Positions 7,646-14,618 of a stretch of DNA of 14,618 nt are shown here, in pieces. The stretch lies in NCBI GenBank assembly GCA_039715015.1, contig JBDLIE010000063.1, positions 1 to 14,618 on the forward strand. Reading direction: 5' to 3'. This DNA comes from Thermodesulfobacteriota bacterium. Its GTDB lineage: Bacteria; Desulfobacterota; Desulfobulbia; Desulfobulbales; SURF-16. Under the pieces are notes generated by a model. The model was not told the DNA's origin. It did not search any database and saw nothing but the letters and a program-made list of their open reading frames with translations. How positions within the stretch are numbered: the stretch's first letter is position 1; every line of letters starts with the position of its first letter. Made by a program: the position numbers and the translations under genes.

Positions 7646-10600
7646 CTACTCAGCTGAGGGCGGCCGCAGGGGTTTGGGAACAATTGCCAGAAAACGCTTC
7701 TTAGGGTCGTGAAGAATTATTGAAACCGCATGGGCCTCGTCATTCTGCAGGCCCTTTTTCAATTCATTGATATATCTTTCAAGCAATTCAGAGACATCAG
7801 CCAGACCACTCCCGGTGAGAGATTGAATCTTCACGTTGGCACTTTTTGCCAAGCGCCGCTCAATTGCCTGTTTGTCAAAACCAAACTCTGGGTAGAGGCA
7901 CTGGTAGATGACACCGCCAGTCATACCCGCACATATCCACGGACCAGGATCGCCAAGCACAAGAGCACGGCCGCCGGTCATGTATTCAAAAGCAAAACCT
8001 TTTAGATGTGCGCGGCTGGCAATGTTTCCCAACTCATCACAGATTGGCGAGGTGATCCTCCCGCCAAAGACAACATCGGCGCCGGACAAGCGAATGCAAG
8101 CCCTGGAGTCAGCCATGTTTTGTATCATCAACAGGCCATCTGTGGCACCATAAGCGAAACTCTTGCCCGTTGAGCCATCAACGTATTTACCAAAGACATT
8201 CTGTCCTTTGAACACTCCCAAAAGACCGCCGTCAGAACCTTTTGCTGCTCCATCCTGACACCCTCCTTCAACGACAACGTCGAGATTTCTACTCGTAAAG
8301 GCACAGAGCCCATTGCCTGGCACAGAAGAGCTTAGCCGCAAGACAGCTTTTTTGCTGCTGTGCGAATCTCCAAATTTTCTTACTATTGCTCCGGCCAGAT
8401 AGGTGCCTACTGCTCTGTCCGTACTGCGCACGCCATCTTCCGCATACTGGACACGCGTGTCCCCTTGTCCAAATCGCTCCATGGAGAGGTCGGAAATTAA
8501 TCTGGTGAGATAATTTAATGGTTTTCGGACAATGGGGGGCTTCGGGTATTTTTCCTCACCGTGTGGAGCAGCTGATGATTGTAAAATGCCCACTGCGTCA
8601 AGCTGGCTGTGCATTTTGTACTGTTGCAGCAGATCAGATCGCCCCACAAGATTCTGCAGGCTGGTTTCACCCAGTTCCGCAACCCTCATGCGCAGTTCAT
8701 CGCCCATAGCATTAAGAAGGCGTGCGAGATTTTCAACTTCTGTCTCAAGTATGCGCGGCTTAAATCCTTTTACCGCCACAGCCTCTGCATCTTCTTTTGT
8801 TTGAAGTTGAGTTGATATACCCCGGGGACATTGATCAAGATGACATCTTTGGCAACTGATACAGCCGATCCCCATGAGAACCGCTGTCCCCAGGCCTACA
8901 CGGTTAGCGCCTAAAAGTATCATTTTCAAGACGTCATTACCGCTGCGCATGCCGCCGTCTCCCCATATTTCAACATTTTGGCGAAGACCTGATTCTGTCA
9001 GGGCCCGATGCGCCTCGCTGACCCCGATTTCTGCCGGAAGTCCGACAAATTTTTTGGCATGTTCACGGGCAGCACCTGTTCCCCCCTCAAAGCCGCTAAT
9101 ATTAATGATATCTGCGCCGGCCTTGGCAATACCAACTGCAATTGTTCCCACTCCGCTGGCCACAGGAATCTTCACTGAAACCCTGGCATGGGGATTAGCG
9201 GTCTTTAGCTCAGTAATAACTTGGGCGAGATCCTCAATGGAATAAATGTCATGGTGATTGGAGGGTGAAATAAGGGTAATACCTGCTTTACAGCGCCGGG
9301 CTTGGGAGACCATCTCCGTCACTTTGTTGCCGGGTAAATGCCCTCCTTCTCCTGGTTTAGCCCCTTGACCTATCTTGATCTCAAGGATATCCGCAGAATT
9401 TAAAAAGCTCATGAACACCCCAAAACGCCCCGAAGCAATCTGCTGCCCCCGGTTATGCCGATATTTGCCAAGCATGTCCGGGATTTCTCCACCTTCACCG
9501 TTCATACAAATAATATTTACCTTTTGCGCCGCTTCTGCATAAGACCGAAAGGATATCTCACCTTGAGAGCCAAAAGACATGGCCGCTACCACTAAAGGCA
9601 GGGCGTGGTTTCCCACTGAAATATCCACCTTTCCCATGGCTACTTGATCTTTCTCTGGAGCTTTTTTGGTTTTCACGATATGCCGGATGGATGTTGGCAG
9701 CTCTTCATCAATTTTCGCCAACCCTTTAGCCATTTCCAGGTAACCCATTTCCCCCACTGCGGTTTTGCGTAGTATTCGGCCAACCTTAGGGTTGCGAAGG
9801 GGCTCTTTATAGATGGCAGCACCTTCATCTCCCCCAGCAGCGGCTCTTTGGTATCTCCGGCGGGCCATCTCTTCGAGACTTCGCAAGCTTAAGCCTCCAG
9901 AGTCAGACTCACAAAAATTTGGTATTCCCATAAGCGCACGAAGGTCTGCGCTGAAGCCAATTGCCGAAAAAATCCGGCCATAACCACAGAGCTCATGAAT
10001 GCCCATGGTGGAAATGACCTTTTCAATTCCTTTTTGAAGAACGGAGAATGTATTCATTATTGGTGGGGCATGGTCATCTTTTTCTCCTGCGAAACCTGCT
10101 GAAATTCGCCAGAGCAGGTACGGGTGAAGTGCATCTGCTCCAAGCCCCAGCAAAAACATGATGTCATGAAGATTTCTGATAGCAGCCGACTGCACGACAA
10201 TACTCACGTCGCGTCGTACTCCTGCATTAGTCAGAGATTCGTGCAGGGTAGCAACGGCAAGCGCCGGGTCGATAAAAACTCGATCATTGCTAAAACTTTC
10301 TGAGTCATCGAGGATGAGCAGAATCGCCCCTTGGCCAACAGCATCCAGGGCTTTACCGGCTAACGACTCTAAACTGGCTGCCAATCCATCAACCGGTTTG
10401 TACGTTGCATCAAGGAGTTTGACCTGTTTCGGATCTCTCTGATGACCGGTAAAAAAATTAGTCACATCTTCAATCAGATAGGTTGAAAACTGCTCACAAA
10501 TTTTACGGAGCTGATCAGCTGTCAAAATTCCGGAAAGCGACTGACATCCCAACAGAAGAGGGCTTTTTAAAGCAAGCCCCAGTGGTTGCACTCCTTTGTC

Positions 10601-12241
10601 AGCCAAGATATTCGGGCGGCGCCCAAGTATTACCTGGGTGGAGAAATGCTCGTTTTCTCGTTCACGGTCAATAGCTGGGTTTGTTACAACAGCGACATTT
10701 TCTTTGCAAAAGTCGGAGAGATTAGGAAGAGAATCATGGACAAAAGAGGGCAGCGGCCCTGTATACCCCATGGAGCCAATAACTTCGCGGCCATCATGGG
10801 CAACGCGTTGCCGGATCGAAATGTCATACTGCCGCCACCCAAAAGCGGCAAGAAAATGAGGCGTATTAAACTTGCCAACATTTTTGGATCCTCCTAGAAA
10901 ATGGTCCTGAGGCAACTTGGCCTGTTCCTCCTCATTTTCTGGTATGGAGTCTTCCCTAACATAGAGACTGCTTAGATGTTTTTTTACCAGGCGCCTGGAG
11001 TTTAACAATCTCACCAGCTGGTCTTGAATGTCCGAATAATGCAAGACTTCTGCTAATTTTCCTCTGCGGCAGCTAATAGCAATTTTCTCACCAGGGGCCA
11101 AGGGACGAGGATCATTCATGTTCCGTTTAAGATCTACCACTCCCTTTTCAGATGACAGGAAGTAATAGTAGTCGCTCTCACCGCACCATAGAGGGCGCAA
11201 GCCAAGAGCATCGACACTCCCCACACATGTATCCCCTTGCCGGGCTAAAACAGCGGCAGGGCCTTGAGCGGAACATGAAAAGAACCAACGGTAAAAAGAA
11301 TAAACTTCTTTTAACTCTCTGCGATAATTGTCCACCTCGCTATCAATAACCGGAAAGACCATCTCCATGGCCTCGATGATATCAAGATCATAGAGGTTGA
11401 TAAGGCCCTCAATGATCCGGTTGAGATCCTGGGAATCACTCCCGCCTGCGACGGGTTCAATCTGGTGTGTCCTGCCTGTGCTCCGCAAGCGGTCGATGGT
11501 GTTAATTTCACCATTATGGGCCAGCAATGAAAAGGGTTGTGAACGTTCAACTGTTGGCAATGTGTTTGTTGAGTAACGACCATGGCCAATGGTCATGACG
11601 GAACACATGTCTTCATCACGAAGTTCTGGGAATACACGTGGTAACATTTCCGGTACACCCTGAACTTTATAAACCACCGTATCTAGACTGATCGAGGCGA
11701 TATGGAGCTCGGGAAACTGCTGTTCGATCGCCAACTGCACATTAAAAAGCTTCTTTTGCGAAGCGACACGGTTCTTGTCTGGCGCCATACCGGCTATCTG
11801 CCAAAAAAGAGGGGCTACGGCCCTCGCCCTTGGGCCTAATTCTATGTCCCTGCTTCCATCAGTCAATTCCAACAATATTTCGCAGCCAAAGCTTTGAAAG
11901 ATGGCCCTGACTTTTTGCATTATTTTTTGTTTCTGAGACTTAATTGGCGCAGGAAGGAGAAGATGGGCCGCGAAAAAACTGCTTGATTCTGCAAGATGCG
12001 GGCTGAAACTCTTTTCAAAGAGGCGCCTGGCCCATAAGTCCCTTGGCAGATCGGTGCTGATCCCGCAGCCGTCTCCTTCGCCGTTAATATCGCCGGAGCG
12101 GTGCCCCATCTTCCGCAATGCCTCAATTGTCTGGACAATATTGGCGTGCGTGCTTTGCCCACGTTTATCAATAAATGCAATAATTGCACAGGCATCACGT
12201 GCTTCATTATGTATCTTTTTATTGAACAGTATGCGTTCCAT
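7646..12241 (-). CDS. gltB: Glutamate synthase large subunit-like protein (GATase, central, FMN and GXGXG domains)
   Basis: 1531 aa with propeptide ...EARDA|C, HGRYSTNT, AHNGEINT, VTNPAID, AMSFGS, GEGGE, QIASGRFGV, QGAKPGEGG, HHDIYSIEDL, an Fe-S Cys motif and EYMTGG. Confidence 0.92.
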   Translation of the reverse strand: MERILFNKKIHNEARDACAIIAFIDKRGQSTHANIVQTIEALRKMGHRSGDINGEGDGCGISTDLPRDLWARRLFEKSFSPHLAESSSFFAAHLLLPAPIKSQKQKIMQKVRAIFQSFGCEILLELTDGSRDIELGPRARAVAPLFWQIAGMAPDKNRVASQKKLFNVQLAIEQQFPELHIASISLDTVVYKVQGVPEMLPRVFPELRDEDMCSVMTIGHGRYSTNTLPTVERSQPFSLLAHNGEINTIDRLRSTGRTHQIEPVAGGSDSQDLNRIIEGLINLYDLDIIEAMEMVFPVIDSEVDNYRRELKEVYSFYRWFFSCSAQGPAAVLARQGDTCVGSVDALGLRPLWCGESDYYYFLSSEKGVVDLKRNMNDPRPLAPGEKIAISCRRGKLAEVLHYSDIQDQLVRLLNSRRLVKKHLSSLYVREDSIPENEEEQAKLPQDHFLGGSKNVGKFNTPHFLAAFGWRQYDISIRQRVAHDGREVIGSMGYTGPLPSFVHDSLPNLSDFCKENVAVVTNPAIDRERENEHFSTQVILGRRPNILADKGVQPLGLALKSPLLLGCQSLSGILTADQLRKICEQFSTYLIEDVTNFFTGHQRDPKQVKLLDATYKPVDGLAASLESLAGKALDAVGQGAILLILDDSESFSNDRVFIDPALAVATLHESLTNAGVRRDVSIVVQSAAIRNLHDIMFLLGLGADALHPYLLWRISAGFAGEKDDHAPPIMNTFSVLQKGIEKVISTMGIHELCGYGRIFSAIGFSADLRALMGIPNFCESDSGGLSLRSLEEMARRRYQRAAAGGDEGAAIYKEPLRNPKVGRILRKTAVGEMGYLEMAKGLAKIDEELPTSIRHIVKTKKAPEKDQVAMGKVDISVGNHALPLVVAAMSFGSQGEISFRSYAEAAQKVNIICMNGEGGEIPDMLGKYRHNRGQQIASGRFGVFMSFLNSADILEIKIGQGAKPGEGGHLPGNKVTEMVSQARRCKAGITLISPSNHHDIYSIEDLAQVITELKTANPHARVSVKIPVASGVGTIAVGIAKAGADIINISGFEGGTGAAREHAKKFVGLPAEIGVSEAHRALTESGLRQNVEIWGDGGMRSGNDVLKMILLGANRVGLGTAVLMGIGCISCQRCHLDQCPRGISTQLQTKEDAEAVAVKGFKPRILETEVENLARLLNAMGDELRMRVAELGETSLQNLVGRSDLLQQYKMHSQLDAVGILQSSAAPHGEEKYPKPPIVRKPLNYLTRLISDLSMERFGQGDTRVQYAEDGVRSTDRAVGTYLAGAIVRKFGDSHSSKKAVLRLSSSVPGNGLCAFTSRNLDVVVEGGCQDGAAKGSDGGLLGVFKGQNVFGKYVDGSTGKSFAYGATDGLLMIQNMADSRACIRLSGADVVFGGRITSPICDELGNIASRAHLKGFAFEYMTGGRALVLGDPGPWICAGMTGGVIYQCLYPEFGFDKQAIERRLAKSANVKIQSLTGSGLADVSELLERYINELKKGLQNDEAHAVSIILHDPKKRFLAIVPKPLRPPSAE

Positions 12242-12274
12242 TCTTATTGCACCATTTACCCGCGCCTAGAAATC

Positions 12275-12293
12275 CTGGCTGTTTCGCAGCCAG
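12275..12293. other. Intergenic hairpin between the rubredoxin-MBL gene and gltB
   Basis: CTGGCTG-N5-CAGCCAG perfect 7-bp stem; only a weak U-run follows on the minus strand. Confidence 0.45.
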
Positions 12294-12322
12294 CCAATAT
12301 CCACCTGATTCTTTTCATCAGA

Positions 12323-13033
12323 TCACCTTGCCAGCAATTGATCAAATGCCTTCAACCAGTCAGGGAAATTCAGGATATAGTTGTATCCACATACTCGCGA
12401 TATCTGCCTGCCTTTGACGATCTTCATAAGTTTTTTCCCACCTTCTTTTGTTTTATTGCGTGGCCCGAATGGATTGTATTTCATGCGATCAGCTCCACAG
12501 AAAACATAATCACATACAAACAATGTATCCCCGTATAGATAGCAGCTGAAACCAGGTGTATGGCCATCAATATGGTGTGCCTGAATACCGTTTATTTCAT
12601 GATCATCTGTAAACATTTGATCAAAGGTATAGCCGCGACTTAGATTAAATACGGAATCAGCCTGGTGAATTCGCAATCTGCTCTTGAAAAAATCCTGATA
12701 AAGATGAGAGGCGCCAAGAAAATGATGGTGGGTAAAGGTAATTATGTCCGCCGCATCAAGCGTGCTATCAAAGGTAGACGGGCAATCAACCCAGACAACA
12801 CTCGTGCCTGTATCAACCCTATACGCTGCATGTTCAAGACCAAGGGCAGGGACAGAGTTCAGGCAGGAAATTGTATCAGAGACAGGGGTTGTGATTACTT
12901 TGAAACGATTTGAACATTCAGCAGCGGTGATAAATTTGGCATGGGAAGCTCCGCAGAATGGACAGGCATCAGGATAGTAACCAACCATATTGTATCCGCA
13001 GATAAGACAAACATAGTGCTGTTTGTTTTCCAT
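12323..13033 (-). CDS. Rubredoxin-like domain fused to a metallo-beta-lactamase-fold domain
   Basis: N-terminal YVCLICGY...DACPFCGA (rubrerythrin-type rubredoxin domain); MBL-like motifs THHHFLG, HQAD, GHTPG, LFVCD. GAGAGG RBS fits ATG 13033 (alternative 13039). Confidence 0.78.
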   Translation of the reverse strand: MENKQHYVCLICGYNMVGYYPDACPFCGASHAKFITAAECSNRFKVITTPVSDTISCLNSVPALGLEHAAYRVDTGTSVVWVDCPSTFDSTLDAADIITFTHHHFLGASHLYQDFFKSRLRIHQADSVFNLSRGYTFDQMFTDDHEINGIQAHHIDGHTPGFSCYLYGDTLFVCDYVFCGADRMKYNPFGPRNKTKEGGKKLMKIVKGRQISRVCGYNYILNFPDWLKAFDQLLAR

Positions 13034-13085
13034 GGCCATGCCCTCTCACCTGGTCATTTCAACCTGCTTTCTCGCCAAGTATCTG

Positions 13086-13289
13086 CTAGCTGGCGCCCTT
13101 GTCCTCTCTGCCTGCATAAAATTCACACTGCTTAAAATCAATCGGCCGATGACACTTTTTGCAGGAACGTTCTTTATCAAATTCATCGGAGAATACTTCT
13201 TGCTCTGCCCCGCAGGCAGTACATTTACAAATAAATGATTTGAGATTCTTGAAGTGCTCAAACCCTGGGCAATGTTGAGGTGTATTCAT
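13086..13289 (-). CDS. Small Cys-rich putative metal-binding (zinc-ribbon-like) protein
   Basis: 67 aa with HCPG, CKCTACG, EVFSDE, CKKC and a further Cys. Strong AGGAGG RBS at 13298-13303; co-oriented with the downstream genes. Confidence 0.78.
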   Translation of the reverse strand: MNTPQHCPGFEHFKNLKSFICKCTACGAEQEVFSDEFDKERSCKKCHRPIDFKQCEFYAGREDKGAS

Positions 13290-13640
13290 TTTTCCTACCT
13301 CCTTTGTTTCAAAGAAAATTCTTCGGGCATTGAACTTTTTTTATTTAAACGCAATGGCCCATACCTTTTTTCTAGGGCTTACCTCAAGACAAAGTCAAGG
13401 GAAATCAGCCGCCACTGACCATAAGATATAGCCGAACCTGACAAACTTAATTCCCGGCATAAAACAGCTTGTCATTCTGAAATTGAACGGCTCTAAAAAT
13501 CCAATGAGAAAAATCATCGCACGCGTATAGCGGCTTGATTATATTCTGGCTCTCTTTTTCAAAATGAGCACGAGGACTTAATAAAAACGAACTCTAACCT
13601 ACTGACTTTATTGCACCTTTTTTTTGTTATCTTTCTCTTG

Positions 13641-13669
13641 TTGACAAACAAATTCTCTGTACATAAAAT
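13641..13669 (+). promoter_or_regulatory. Predicted sigma70 promoter of the riboswitch leader
   Basis: TTGACA (13641-13646), 17 nt, TAAAAT (13664-13669), with T-rich sequence upstream. Confidence 0.75.
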
Positions 13670-13800
13670 TCTTAATAGTAGCACCACACAATTCCACAAC
13701 TGGAAGTTGCTGGTGGTCATAATTAGCTGAGAACTACGAATGCAAGACCTTCTCCAAGGGAACCAACGTACCCTTGGGGGATGCTTTTTCCCCAAGACAA

Positions 13801-13868
13801 GACAAAGCCAAAGCCATCGTGAGGTGGTGACGGAAAGCCACGGGTTTCAGAGAAACAGCCGGGTTGCC
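13801..13868 (+). ncRNA. Cyclic di-GMP-I (GEMM) riboswitch aptamer
   Basis: GCCAAA, P2 GCCATC-GTGA (GNRA)-GGTGGT, GACGGAAAGCC, P3 ACGGGTTTC-AGA-GAAACAGCCGGG, TTGCC. This is the GEMM-I layout with the GAC/AAA internal loop and the conserved AAAGC junction. Confidence 0.9.
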
Positions 13869-13900
13869 AAAAAATAAGGCAACCCAGCTGTTTTAGTTTT
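13853..13900 (+). terminator. Intrinsic terminator forming the riboswitch expression platform
   Basis: AAACAGCCGGGTTGCC (13853-13868) pairs with GGCAACCCAGCTGTTT (13878-13893) with one mismatch; T-rich tail TTTTAGTTTT at 13891-13900. Confidence 0.85.
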
Positions 13901-14059
13901 GAGGCAGCATAAAATTGGCTTGCTGGAATGAATCAGGCAAAACCCCTTTGCAGTCGATGAAGGATTCTCGCAGTTTATGAGATATTGACTACCAAAGTGC
14001 CCAGACCTTCATTCAACAGGCCAACTAAAGCGAAAATGCAAAAGCAAAAGGAGGTCATC

Positions 14060-14362
14060 ATGGATGTCAAAGATTATTGTAAAAATGTCGACATGGAACT
14101 CACACTCTGGAAGGCAAAGCTTTACGATGTGATGAGCAAGATGGACAAACTGCCAACAGGGGACAAACAGAGGATGTATGAGAACATCAATGGTCTCCAC
14201 ATCGTCATGACCGAACTCGATGACAGGATTGACACCCTGCGCACAGAGTGCCCGACCGAATGGAATCCGCAAGAGCAAGCGATTGCCGGTAAATTGGGCG
14301 ATCTCGCTTCAAGGTATAAGGATACTACCGACATTCTTTTCGATTATGACTTTGGGGGCTGA
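14060..14362 (+). CDS. Hypothetical alpha-helical protein (100 aa)
   Basis: AGGAGG at 14049-14054 before ATG 14060; MDVKDYC...WKAKLYDV...CPTEWNP...DYDFGG with an amphipathic helical pattern. Confidence 0.82.
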   Translation: MDVKDYCKNVDMELTLWKAKLYDVMSKMDKLPTGDKQRMYENINGLHIVMTELDDRIDTLRTECPTEWNPQEQAIAGKLGDLASRYKDTTDILFDYDFGG

Positions 14363-14412
14363 CAAGCTCTGACCCATATCTGATAGAAATGACGGAAACA
14401 GGAGGTGCACCG

Positions 14413-14618
14413 ATGAAAAAACAAAAAGAAATGCAAGAGTCGTTCTTAATGGCTCACAGAGACTTTATCTCCAGCCTAGACAGGTCACTCGACATGCTTG
14501 ACCACGATATTGATGAGGCTGCAGAGATGGGCCAAATCTGCACGGATGAATGGTGCATTGCCACTGAAGGGGTCGTGGATGAATTGGCAAAGGTGATCTA
14601 CTCAATAAGTGAACCTCG
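14413..14618 (+). CDS. Hypothetical acidic helical protein, truncated by the window end
   Basis: Not in the ORF track. AGGAGG at 14400-14405, ATG 14413, open to the edge: MKKQKEMQESFLMAHRDFISSLDRSLDMLDHDIDEAAEMGQICTDEWCIATEGVVDELAKVIYSISEP... Confidence 0.8.
   Translation, partial: MKKQKEMQESFLMAHRDFISSLDRSLDMLDHDIDEAAEMGQICTDEWCIATEGVVDELAKVIYSISEP

Noticed and set aside
12248..12265. NtrC-like TGCACC upstream of gltB (also near 13612)
   Set aside because: Half-sites only, with no matching GGTGCA arm and no valid sigma54 promoter.
13349..13366. Possible sigma54 promoter for the gltB cluster (minus strand AGGTATGGGCCATTGC)
   Set aside because: GG-to-GC spacing is 11 nt rather than the required 10, and TGGCAC is absent.
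13559..13795. 78-aa minus-strand ORF in the intergenic region
   Set aside because: It overlaps the promoter and RNA leader, and has no clear RBS or protein-like features.
13793..13815. Short tandem repeats CAAGA CAAGA CAAAGC CAAAGC
   Set aside because: Too short, largely part of the aptamer, and not a CRISPR or VNTR.
13928..13960. 10-codon ORF MNQAKPLCSR in the leader
   Set aside because: No properly spaced RBS and no informative composition.
13934..13975. Possible second GEMM aptamer starting GGCAAAACCCC
   Set aside because: No GNRA-capped P2, no GAC..AAAGC junction and no P3.
13985..14059. N-terminal extension of the 14060 ORF given in the ORF track
   Set aside because: AGGAGG sits directly before ATG 14060; the upstream start lacks an RBS.

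Overview
Gene-dense chromosomal window with no mobile element, CRISPR array or rRNA/tRNA gene. Gene content suggests an anaerobic deltaproteobacterium (Desulfobacterota-like; inference). Left to right: a near-consensus leftward sigma70 promoter with a leader hairpin running off the edge; larB; prmA-rsmE-dtd; a minus-strand cluster of TetR, iron-sulfur flavoprotein, DUF1566 lipoprotein and TlpA with two candidate TetR operators; DUF721/DciA divergent from ychF; a minus-strand cluster of a small Cys-rich protein, a rubredoxin/metallo-beta-lactamase fusion and an atypical glutamate synthase large subunit with no adjacent gltD. At the right end a TTGACA-17-TAAAAT promoter drives a long structured leader holding a c-di-GMP-I (GEMM) riboswitch with an overlapping terminator (predicted ON switch), ahead of two small uncharacterised helical proteins. 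The best candidates for something undescribed are the riboswitch-controlled small-gene module and the gltD-less GltB cluster.
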